From: Eledone cirrhosa | Lineage: Eukaryota | Reading direction: 5' to 3' | DNA length: 64,000 nucleotides | NCBI GenBank assembly: GCA_964016885.1 | Contig: OZ024763.1 | Span: 14,198,001-14,262,000 of the forward strand | Part shown: positions 12,470-24,545 of the stretch, piece by piece | Numbering within the stretch: position 1 is the first letter of the stretch | Layout: every line of letters starts with the position of its first letter | Position numbers and translations under genes: made by a program | Notes under the pieces: generated by a model | The model's database searches: none | The model's input: the letters and a program-made list of their open reading frames with translations, nothing else | What the model was told of the DNA's origin: nothing

Positions 12470-13215
12470 TGGGGATATTATAATATTGCCAGAAATAATA
12501 AAACTCACTTTTTTTGCTTTGGGTTGGATTTCACTTCCATATATTTTATATCTATCCCTATAGTTAATTTAACTAGCAATCAATGTTTTATTGATTGACC
12601 AACAGTTATATATATATCTAGTCTCCCAGAGTTCTTTCGTCACACACCTGTGACATCAGTGATACTATTGTTTCTTCCTGTTGTATCGTAATGATGGTAC
12701 AACAACCAATCAAAGGCCATAAGAAAGATTAAAGTGGTAGAAAAGCCAGGATCTACTATAAAATCCCTGATCAGTAAACCTTAACCCTTTAAGAAAATCC
12801 AAATTAGGGAAGCAACTGAAATAGAACCAAGAAAACCGAAGTAGAACAAAACCTGAATGGAACAACAACCATACAAATACACACTAGTGACCAAAGATAA
12901 GATACAAACACGAACACACACCAAACAGAAAACGCGCATAGAAGTACATTCGGAAATCGAGAAAAATAAATAAACAATTGAATAAGTAAACATTACAATA
13001 CAACGGGAGGAAACAATAATATCACTGATGATGTCACAGGTGTGTCATGAAAGAACTCAGACTATATATATATATATATATAAACAGTTGGTCAATCAAT
13101 GATAAACATTGATTGCCATCTAAATTAACTATTGGGATGTAGAATATACGGAAGCGAAAACCAACCCAACCCAAACTGTTTTATTATATATTTCTGGCAA
13201 TATTATAACAATATG
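12470..13215 (+). mobile_element. Internally deleted Penelope-like retroelement with inverted terminal repeats and a hammerhead motif
   Basis: Arms ~12470-12695 and ~12990-13215 are imperfect reverse complements. The interior reads KIKVVEKPGSTIKSLI and IREATEI (resembling the GIY-YIG tail RKIREAIEI). CTGATGA-tgtcacaggtgtgtcat-GAAA lies at 13025-13052. Paralog ~34895-35630. Confidence 0.75.
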
Positions 13216-13610
13216 ACCCTCCCCAAATATAATTTGTTTCGACATACGATTTCATATAAAAAATACGTTGCAAACAAATTAGTTCGGAGCTCAGTCGTCG
13301 GGGTCCTGACTGTTCCTTATATACATATATATACACACACACACAACAACGTGTGTTTGGAAATATACATAAATATATATAAACGCGTGTTCGCGACGTT
13401 TGGGGGAGTTGGGCTACTGTTACCTTTTACTCTGGTATGGCTCGGCTGTCCACCCCTTTCGCCTGCCTTTTGTTGTATTTAGTCCCAGTTGTGCCTGCTA
13501 CCTGCTTCTGTGTTCCTTTCCCTTTCCTTTATATTATATTATATTATATTATATTATATATTTGTTTGTGCTTTCGTTCTGTAAATATTGTATTATATTT
13601 CTTTTTATGA

Positions 13611-13955
13611 GATCTGAGTTCAAATCCCGCCGAAGTTGAATTTGCCTTTCATCCTTATGGGTCGATAAAATAAAGTACCAGTAATGCACTAGGTATTTGC
13701 TGGCCTTGTGCCTAAAGTAGAAACAATGATATTTCTTTTTATAAGAAGTATAATACAATTTTAAGGGCAGTAGATTGGCAGTATCAGTAGAGAGTCGGAC
13801 ACCATGCTTTTCAGCATAGAATCACGGCCCTTTTCGCTCTGAGTTCAAATCCCGCTGAGGTTAACTTTTCCTTTCATCCTTACGGGGTCAATAATATAAA
13901 GTACCAGTAATGCACTGTGATAATTGCTGGCCTTGTGCCAAAAGTAGGCACAATG
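13611..13955 (+). mobile_element. Two tandem SINE copies (first 5'-truncated)
   Basis: Family consensus twice, with atatttctttttat repeated at the boundaries (TSD-like). Paralog 36022-36367. Confidence 0.85.
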
Positions 13956-14404
13956 ATATTTCTTTTTATACAAAATAAAATTTAAATCATCTATAATACT
14001 TAGATACAACAATACAATAAAAATATTGCAAATGAGAGGTGTCATTTACCTTTAATCTATATTTTATTTCTGGAATACTGTATTAACATTTATATTTTCA
14101 TGTCTATATTATTAAGTATTAAGGTTGTTATATAATATTTAGAATACAGACAAGGGGAAGTAGGGAAGGGATAATTATTTAAACAATGATCTCTCGACTC
14201 CATCTTTATTTAGCTTACCCCAGGGTTTCCCAACCTGGGCGATTTCATATATACGTACACATTATCTTCATTAAATAATAACTTCTTTAATATTTAACTC
14301 TGCACCTTAAGCATTGAGCACACCTCGCTTCGGCTATTGGCGTCTAGTATACTGTACCACACTTTTTTGTCTCCTCTTTTCTTATGATACATATCTTCTC
14401 TTTA

Positions 14405-14443
<39 letters not shown>

Positions 14444-15127
14444 CACACATACATGCATAAACACTTCTATGCAAATACCCATACATATATATTAAAAACA
14501 CATATATACCAGCATAATAACGATTGACAAACCATTAGGACACATGCTTGCTCGTGTGAAAACCGAACTTGCTACTCTACGTACACTGACGGAAACATAT
14601 GTACATAAACACACAAACAGAACTGGTATGACTTATATAGGTACATCAAAGATTTTGTTCCACTATTGAACCATTCGAGGTAGTTAGAACGAAGTAGCAG
14701 TGTAGTACTGGGGTCAATTCTTCTTCTATATCTCTTTCTTAATTCCTTTCTCTCACTCTATATCCGTCTCAGGAAAACATAACCTATCTGGGGTAGAGAT
14801 CGGATCTGTCACCTTATACAAAATGCCCCGAACACCCCGAATGTCAATGTGGGACCTCTACAACTCCCTCACAAGTTATAGGTCCCTACATACATACATA
14901 GAAACATCAGAGATATCTTTCACTCGATAATGCTAGACAAGTATTCCGTGAGTCAGAAAGGAATATTTGCGATATGACGGGAGGACCTCTCTGAATAAAT
15001 ATTAGATAGTTCAGATGCTACGTAAAGCAGGCGGCGACAACATCGAAGATCAGAGATGCCATGTGGAAATGGACATCGACATAACACACATAGGGTTACC
15101 TTATAATCATAGACATTTGGGCTTATG

Positions 15128-15292
<165 letters not shown>

Positions 15293-15532
15293 ACGGAGTT
15301 CTCATGTCGCCACTAAGTATTCCGCCAGATGTCCCGTCACACATCTCTACACCTTCCATTAATTGTTGATTAGTAAATATATAGTAAGTATATCTCACAT
15401 GTAAGAGGGAAAGCCATAGCAAGTGTTGAGGATAAGAGACGTGTGGAATTAATAATAAAAATATTGTTAAAATTATTAATAGTAGTAGTTTTCACAATAA
15501 AGTGGGGGAGGACAACATTATTATAAATACTT

Positions 15533-15823
15533 ATAATTGTTTCTACTTTAGGCACAAGGCCAGCAATTATCCAGTACATTACTGGTACTTTATTTTATCG
15601 ACCCCGTAAGGATGAAAGGCGTTGTTTAGAGGGCGGTGGATTGGCAGTATCAGTAGAGGGTTGGACGCCATGCTTTGACGTATAGAGTTACGGCCCTTGC
15701 CATTCTGAGTTCAAATCCCGCCGAGGTTAACTTTGCCTTTCATCCTTACAGGGTCGATAAAATAAAGTACCAGTAATGCACTGGGTAATTGCTGGCCCTG
15801 TGCCAAACGTAGAAACAATTATT
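15533..15823. mobile_element. Divergent SINE pair (inverted 3' half plus full forward copy) inside a 19-bp TSD
   Basis: Minus copy 15533-15620 and plus copy 15631-15823. attattataaatacttata occurs at 15517-15535 and 15818-15836. The empty site is at ~21702-21720. Confidence 0.85.
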
Positions 15824-16299
15824 ATAAATACTTATATACACACAAGCTTAAACAGGTATACATACGTACGCTTATCTAGACTCGTACGTACATAAACGTT
15901 TATAAATAAAAGCCGAAGCTGATAAAAAGAACATAGCTTACCATATCGAATTTGGAAGGATGCACATAACGTTGCTTCAACATGGTCCCATCATCATTTG
16001 CTGATACGATTATTGTATACGCAACACAAGTTTAAAGGGCTATCTGTTTAGAAACCATCAAGCCAGGCTACCATCTATACACTGAGGTATGACAGTTGAA
16101 GGACATCAGGTGGTTGTAGCATCAAATCAAACCTAAAGAGATAAAAATAAAAGTCATGATATATTTTCTGAAAACTACAGAATAGTAAAAGACATGTCGA
16201 CACCTTTGCGGTATTAATAAGACTGAGAAAGGTATGAACGCCACCACGTCAATTAAGCTTCGAAAATAGAAAGTAGGTTTATATATATATTAATTTTCA

Positions 16300-17460
16300 T
16301 TTTCTTCCCCAATTCTGTATTTTGAAGTGCTTTCATTATTTTAAATATTTCTATCATGTCACTCGTTTGATTAATCTCCTCCAAAGTTGTAATTCGAAGT
16401 GTTTGTCCTTGGTATAATGAACTAATGTTGATATTTTCAAGTCTTGACATTTATATGGAATAGTGTACTAATATTTAAATAGTCTTTATATTTTTATCCT
16501 GCTCCCCTAAGATTTATCTCCTCTAAATTTACAAAAGCTTCACATTTCTTTCACAAGATAGATCCTTAAATAATTATAGTGTTTTCTGTTTTCTTCTTCT
16601 GTGGGTTGCTTCAAGAGCCTCACCGTTTTTTCGGATGTCGATTGACCATGGCCCGAAACAATTTTCTCAGTGGTATCATACATATTCATCTAGAGTTTTA
16701 GATTTTTCAGCATTTAGCTAGGGAACAGAATGTTTTATTATTTCTATTATCCGTCTCCCTGTTTTGCTTCAACATGGTTAGCCATTTTTCAATTCATATT
16801 CATACATATTCACAATTCTTCTGTGAGGGGTATAAGAAGCTCGTTTTTTGCTCCACATTCGATACCAAATCATACTTCCTTTTTATAATTTCGTTGTACG
16901 AATATAATAATTAAAGTATATATATATATATATTTCTTCAAAATAAGGTAAGACATATCCCGAAAAATATTGTAAGGTGTCTCAATAATTATTCCATTTC
17001 AATCAATTTCTCATTTCAGTTTTCTTTAGCGTTATCTAAATATCTTGGCGTTGAAGATGTGTCCTTCTCATAGTAATTAGCTTGTCTCAAAATTGTTCGC
17101 AGTGTTTCCATGTTTAGTGTCACAAACTATCGTTAATTCAAGATTTTGCTCTAATGTAATAAATGTTACTTTTAAAAGAGTGAAGCTCTCAATTTTTTCT
17201 TTCACTTGTATATTGATATCTAATGAATGACAAATGTACGTGTTATGTGATAGGAGAAAAAACACACAGCCTTCTTCCTTCGCTATAGACGGCTAACTGA
17301 CAATCTCGTTCGTAGGAGTGACAAGTAGTCGACAACTGAGCATCACCTGTTACTGCCTTTTATATACCATGTTAACTGGAAAGACTTACCAAGTATGGAT
17401 ACACTCTCTCCTTATCAATATTGTCCGAGTCCGAGGACATTTTCTCTCTGGTTAAGGAGT
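16300..17460 (-). mobile_element. Degraded CR1-clade LINE ORF2 fragment
   Basis: Minus-strand translation of this block and its paralogs gives HSFSYLNAE, EYCFGPWS...LEATQRR, LEEINLRGD and TTLEEINQTSDMIEIFKIMK. These match the CR1 LEYC..W..LE.VQRR and TLEERRLRGDMIE.FKI motifs, with many stops. Confidence 0.75.
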
Positions 17461-17741
17461 GAGAAGAAATATTAGGGATTAATCTCTAGCAATAATTTAA
17501 TTAAATTATATTTAACCAAAGCTGTTATGTCGTGGTTGTTGTTATATTTTATAGTCGTGGTTTCAATGTTTATCAGGGGTTGTAGAATTAGTTTTATCAA
17601 ATTATTATCAAACAAAAATGATGTATATATTGTCGTTGTACGTTGAAATCACATATATAGATTTATATACACACCAAGGATGGAGGGAAGACGGAATTGA
17701 AAACCATTATTGCTGAGCACAACATTGCAGGATCAAATATA

Positions 17742-17774
<33 letters not shown>

Positions 17775-17964
17775 ATCAAGTATGACCATTGATGAATGTC
17801 CCTGCAGATCGTCAGGTTGTAGGATGAAATCAACCCTAGAGAAATGATAAATTATATGAAGGTATATTTTATGGAAGCTCGAGAAGAATAAAAATGAAAG
17901 TGAACCATTTTGAATTGTTAATATGATTGGGAAAGACATGGAGGCCACTACATCAATTTTTCTT

Positions 17965-18995
17965 TTAAATAGAAAGTAGGTTTATAAATTTTAATTTTGA
18001 TAGTATTTTTGTAGTTGTCTCGGTAGTCTATTGGTAGGTGTTGGGACAGTGGTGATGCTGGTCTGGGGTTCAATCTCAGTCAGAAATTTAATTTTTTTTT
18101 AATTTTCATAAAATGAACGAAAAATAGAGGTCGCAGTAATCTGACTGAGATCGAACCCCAACCCAGCATCTCCATCACCTCTAATACTTACCACTAGTCT
18201 ACGGACACGGTTATAAAAACTTACTGAAAATTAATATTTATAAACCTACTTTTTCAATTTTTTATAAAAACAAAATTTCTGTACAAGGTTTTCATGTGCA
18301 CTTGACAGAGATCGAAACCCTAATCAATATCACCACTGTCTCTAATGTCTACCACTAGACCACTGAGACGGTTATGAAATCGTAGTGAAAATGAATATTT
18401 ATAAACTTACTTTTTAATGGTTTTTTTATTTTAGAAGTGGTAAACTAAAAATACCCATAATGTAGAACCAGATAGAGATTGAACCCTAGACCAGGCTTTC
18501 ACCGTTTCTAATACATATCATTGGGCCAGAGAGAATGTACGAACTCGTAGTGAAAATTAATATTTATAAAACTACATTTTGTTCGGAAGTAATTCAAATA
18601 AACTATTGTTTCTGACGATCCCTTAACAAGTTGAAAGCAGCGATTCTTTGCTTAAACTTTAATTTGTACTCATAATAAATAAATAAACATGTATTTATGT
18701 GTGTATACTTGTATATGCGTTGCTTTGATGCTATTTCTAGCATATTTATTGTTGTTTTTTATGAAAAATACAGAAACCGGAAGTGAAAAGATTGAAAATC
18801 TTTGGTCAAAATTCAGGCGAACTTTTTTAAACAAAAGGATTTTTTTTGTAAACAAACTTGAAATTTTTGCCAAGAAACATAACTCTTGCCTGACTTAAAC
18901 GCAAAAATTGATGCAAAAACTTTGCGTGCGTGCAAATTATAGGGACTGTACGAATTCGTTCTGAAAATTAATATTTATAAAACTACATTTTGTTC
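17965..18995. repeat. Cluster of degenerate tRNA-like units (one + copy, then several - copies) sharing a conserved AT-rich 5' leader
   Basis: A-box-like tggtctagtggta and B-box-like ggttc(a/g)atctc, each preceded by aaagta(g/a)gtttataaatattaattttca. Also at ~22160-22345, 25015-25590, 40085-41130, 44120-44355 and 46385-46850. Confidence 0.7.
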
Positions 18996-21305
18996 GGTTG
19001 AAAACTCGATGTAGTGGCGTTCGTGGCTTTTTCGGGACGTCCTTGAATTCATAAAGTAAATCTAGACTTTATTTCTCATTGCTCTAGGCTTGATTTGAAC
19101 CTACAACAACTCTGTCTGCAATAATGTCATACCTCATTCCAGCTTAGTACGTCGTAGCCGTAAATTGTTAAACGTCGTTCCTATATATACATGCAAGTAA
19201 GATTCGAACCTACAATGCTGTGCTTAATTTCTATTAATAAGTGTGTTTTATAAAAGAAAGTAAAGAAACAATTTAATGAAAGTAAAAAATTTATTTTATT
19301 CAGTCATGGTTTTATTTTTATTTTATGTATTCACTTCATTAACTGCTGAATAGTTCTCTTGTTTTTGTTTGTTCTTACCATTGTTTACTGTAAATGGTGA
19401 CTTGACGAGACTGGATTATTACCAAGTTTTACTGGATGATGACATTTCCTTATTGTATTATTTTGTTGTCAGTGGGCATCTCTCTAAATACCTGGAATAA
19501 ACATATGGTGTGTCTTTTACGTAACATTTCATTTAATATCTGATGTTCCAATGGATTACTTTTAAAATAAAACCAATAAACATAACAGGTAGACTCCATC
19601 AAAAGAGACCACAGAGATGAGGTACGAATAATCTAAAATTAATTTTTAAAAAAAGATAATGTTTAAAGAAAGACAAACATTAAAAAAGGATTGCCAACAA
19701 AGACGTAAAGGCAAAGACAATCACATCCACAATTTAATATCTGAAGATCAACATTTTTCACGATATAAATAAAACTAAATATGTAAAGTTAAGTGACCTC
19801 TCATTTATTTGCTCTAACTTATTTTACTAATCTGTATTCTGTAGACATATATTTTCGTTGGTGTACATTACGATTTCGTTGATGAAAGTTTTCACTCGTC
19901 TTTAGATCTTTATTTCTTATAAAAGTTATAATACTCACCTCCTCTCATTAGATCTCTATTTTACTTCTGGAATACTGTATTAACATTTATATTTTCATCT
20001 CGATATTATTAAGTATTAAGGTTGCCATGTATTACAATACAGTATATAAACAAGGGAATATGAGGAGGGGTAATCATTTAAAAACAGCTAACCCCACACT
20101 CTGTATATTTAGATTACCCCAGGGTGTCCCATGGGCGATTTTTCATATATACATACACACATATATATACAAGTTATTGATTACAGAGTCGGGCTAGATC
20201 GATACAGAACGAACCTTAAGCTGATGAATAGCGAAACGCGCGCCACGAACCAATAAACGTAATGAAGGTGTACCCATTCGTCCTTGTTTTATTATATATA
20301 TATATATATATACACATATTTATTTATTTATTTATTTAATTCCACCTGGAGTTTCGACCGATAGATAGTATTAGCAATTGGAAAGACCAGTGGAAACATT
20401 GTTTCGTCAGTCCGATCTGACGAAGGTCGATCGACTGTCTATATATGTATATACATACCCATACATTCATATTTACTCACTTCTATGTAAAACACATACC
20501 ATATACCAGCTTAAAAACGATTGACTAACCATCAGGACACATGCTTGCTCTTGTTAAAATTTCACAGAGATACTTATGAAAACCGAACTTGCAAGGCCAC
20601 GTATACTTACACGTACACTTACATACACACACCTGTACATACACAGACGTTTAGAAAAGGTATGACTTATATAGGTACATCAAAGTTAATGTTCCACTAT
20701 AGCACCATTCGAGGTAAATAAAACGAAGTACCAGTGTAGTACTGAGGATCGATTCTTCTTCTATATCTCTTTCTTACTTCCTTTCTCCTACTTTCTCTCC
20801 TTCTCTGGTAAATATCTCCTCTGATCAGATCTAGGGTAGAGATGAGATCAGTCAGCTTTTACAAAATGCCCAAGACACCCCGAATATCAACGTGGGGTCA
20901 CCAAGACTCCCTCGCAAGCTATACGTCCCTAGATACATACATAGCAACATCAGACAGATCCTTTATGTAGATCACTTTTACTCGATATGGAAGACAAGTT
21001 TTCAGTGAGTCAGAAAGGAATATTTGTGATATGAAGGGAGAACCTCTCTGAATAAATATTAGATAGTTAAGATGCTACGTAAAGCAGGCGGTGACAACAT
21101 CGAGGACCAGAGATGCCATGTGGAAATAGACATCGACATATAAATATACAAAGATAGGGGGACCTTATCATCATAGACACTTGGGCTTATGAATACACAC
21201 ACAAATATATATTTATATATATACATACATACGTGTGTGTGTGTGTGTGTCTCTCTCTCTCTCTCTCCTGCAGGACTAGAACGGTTTCATTCGGAAGAAA
21301 TCAAG

Positions 21306-21358
21306 GGCTTTCCTGATGATTTTTTTCCGAATGAAACAGTTCTAGTCCTGTAGAAGCC
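21306..21358 (+). ncRNA. Minimal type-I hammerhead ribozyme motif (family 1)
   Basis: Stem I ggct(t)tc/gaagcc, CTGATGA, short stem II, GAAA, stem III acag/ctgt, GTA cleavage triplet. Preceded by an inverted partial copy at 21268-21303. Confidence 0.7.
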
Positions 21359-23354
21359 ATTTCTATATTAAATATTATTTATTAAGTATTTATACCCTGC
21401 TATGTAATGAGTACCTTACTTACTGTGGTTACCGCCGATTAAACCGTGATAAACATGTATATATATACGGGTGCACAGGTGTACGGTGTCCTCAAGTTAA
21501 CACTAAGGATTACGCTCGATGTCCCGTCACACATCACTACATCTTCGAGTAAATGTTGATTAGTAAATAAACCGTGTATCTCACATGTAAGAGGAAAACT
21601 ATAGCAAGTGTTGAGGATAAGAGACGTGTGAAAATAATAATAATAATAGTGTTACAATTATTAATAGTAGTAGTTGTAATAATAAAGTGAGGCGGGACAA
21701 CATTATTATAAATAATTATGTACACACAAGCTTACACAGGTACACATTCGTACACGTATCTACACACGTACCTACATAAACGTTTATAAATAAAAGACGA
21801 AGCTGATAAAAAGAACATATATTACCGTATCGCGTTTGGAACGATACACTTGACGTTGAGTTCTTGAATCTGATCCCATCATCGGTTGCTGATACCATTA
21901 TTGCACACACAACACAAGTTAAATAGCCGCCTGTTTAGAAACAATATTTTCAGGCTGCCATCTACTCACTAAGGTATGACAGCTGAAGGACATCACTGGA
22001 TGTCAGCTGGTTGTCGGATGAAATAAACCTAGTAATAAGAATAAATGTCATGATATATTTTCTGAAAACTCCAGAAAAGTAAAAACCATGTCAACTCGTT
22101 TGTGGTATTAATAAGACTGAGAAAGCCATGAACACCACCACGTCGATTAAGCTTCGAAAATCGAAAGTAGGTTTATATACATTAGTTTTCAGTATATTTT
22201 TTTTAGCCGTCTCGTTTGCCTATATGTAGGTGATTATATAGATCCTGGCCAAGATAGAAACCCAAACCAGGATCTCTACCCTCCCTCTAAGCTACAGAGA
22301 CAGCTTCAAAATAATATTAAAAATTAATATTTATAAACTTACTTTATATTTTGGAAGATTAATTGAAGTGGTGGCGTTCCCGCCTTTCTTAGTGTTGCTG
22401 TTATTAGAAAGGGTCGACTTTGTCTTTCATAATTCAGGGTCTTTCACGAAGTAAAATATTCATTTTATTTCTTAACGCCCTAGTATTGATTTGAACCTAC
22501 AATTACTTCGTCTGCAATAATGTTCACTAATTTCAAATCTGTCATAACTAAATCCTGTGTGCGACTTAGAAATAAATTGTTAAATGTCTTTTTATATATT
22601 TACCAATGTAAGATTGGAACCTACAGTGATGTGTTTTGCAGTAATGTCCCGTAACTCCAACTAGATTGCTCTAAGCTTATATATTTCTTTCGTCCGAACA
22701 ACATAATGGTTTCGATCCCAGTTCGCTACTGGTACAAGAAATAATTTAAAGAAATTCTATATCCCCAGTAAAATATTGAACTCCTAACGACATTGTACGT
22801 TACTTAATACCAATAACCCCATTACGCCCTGAACACACATTTATATTTATTACTCAATTTCCAATGTTTTAAATGATATTACACCACCTTTGTGTTCTAG
22901 GTGAAAATCCTGTCGATATTAATTTACAATTTTATAACTTTAGAGAAGAAAAATAGAGTACCAGTCATTTTATGGATTCAAATTAATCGATCGGCTTCAC
23001 CCTGTCAATCACTTGACATTTTCCAAACAGTATAAATATGATACGACAAATTTAAAATAAATTACGTGTTTAATTAAGAAAAAAATTATTGAAAGTAAGA
23101 AATTATAATTATTTAGTAATAATATTTTTATTGTTTGTTTTCACTGCATTAACTGCTGAGTGTGACTTTTAATTTTCTTACTATTTTCTACTGAAAATGG
23201 CGGCTGAGACGTTATTGGAGTATTACTAAGGTTTACGTCGTTTCCTTATTGCATTATTTTACAAACAGTGGACATCGGAATATCCTTCTATATACCTGGG
23301 ATAAATGTAAGGAGCATTGTTATGTTATACATAGTACAATGGTCATCTCTATTT

Positions 23355-24545
23355 ACATTTTTCCCCAATTCTGTATTTTGAAGTCTTCATTATTTTAAAT
23401 ATTTCTAGCATGTCACTCGTTTGATTAATCTCCTCCAAAGTTGTAATTCTATGTGTTTGTCCTTGGTATAGTGAACTAATGTTGATATTTTCAAGTCTTT
23501 GTATTTATATGGAATAGTGTACTAATATTTAAATAGTCTTTGTTTTTGTCTAGTCTCCCCTAAGATTTATCTCCTCTAAATTTACAAAAGTTTCTCATAT
23601 TCCCTCACAAGACAAATCCCTAAATAATTCTAGTGTCTTCTGTTTTCTTCTTCTCTGGGTTGCTTCAAGAGCCTCACCGTTTTTTCGGATGTCAGTTGAC
23701 CATGGCCCAAAACAATATTCTCAGTGGTATCACACATATTTATCTAGAGTTTTAGATTTTTCAGCATTTAGATAGGAAAAAGAATGTTTTACTATTTCTA
23801 TTATCCGCCTCGCTGTTTTGCTTCAACATGGTTAGTCATCTTTCAATTCATATTCATACATATTCACAATTCTTCTGTGAGGGGTATAAGAAGCTCGTTG
23901 TTTGCTCAACATTCGATACCAAAACATGTTTCCTTTTTATAACTTCGTTGTACAAATATAATTATTAAAATAGATATATATATAGCTGCTTATTAACTCT
24001 TTCCCGAAACATTTCTTCAAAATAAGGTAAGACATATCCCGAAAAATATTATAAGGTGTCTCAATAATTATTCCATTGCAATCAATTTCTCATTTCAGTT
24101 TTCTTTAGAAATGTCTTGGCGTTGAAGATACATGCATTTGTCCTTCTCATAGTAATTAACTTGTCTCAAAATTGTTCGTATTGTTTCCATGTTTAGTGTC
24201 ACAAACTATCGTCAATTCAAGATTTTGCTCTAATGTAATAAATGTTACTTTTAAAAGACTAAAGCTCTCAATTTTTTTCTTTCTCTTGTATATCGATATC
24301 TAAAGAATAACAAATGTATGTGTTTTGTGATAGGAGAAAAACCCACGGCCTTGTTTCCTCGCTATAGAAGGCTAACTGACAATGTTGTTCGTAGGCGTGA
24401 CAAGTACACAACAACAGTGAGCATCACATGTTTACTGCCTTTTATATACCATGTTAACTGGAAAGATTTGCCAAGTATGGATACACTCTCTCCTTATCAA
24501 TATTGTCCGAGCCCGAGAAACATTTTCTCTCTGGTTAAGGAGTGA
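23355..24545 (-). mobile_element. Degraded CR1-clade LINE fragment (unit U2 copy)
   Basis: Paralog of 16300-17460. Clearest motifs are EYCFGPWSTDIRKNGEALEATQRR and LEEINLRGD. Confidence 0.75.

Noticed and set aside
14700-14890. Conserved block in all five units reading RSGVE..N.YK..P/ECQCGA..T in some copies
   Set aside because: It has stops and frameshifts in every copy. At best it is a very old LINE C-terminal remnant, too weak to annotate.
17385-17452. Apparent minus-strand exon ending TTG|GTAAGT
   Set aside because: It lies within the degraded CR1-like RT region, and the donor is not kept in unit U2 (gatttgcc at ~24465).
17965-18590. Functional tRNA genes
   Set aside because: Acceptor and anticodon stems do not pair convincingly by eye, so they are reported only as tRNA-like repeats.
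23194-23204. YY1-like AAAATGGCGGC promoter motif
   Set aside because: It is a single motif that is altered in paralogs, with no supporting exon or other promoter evidence.
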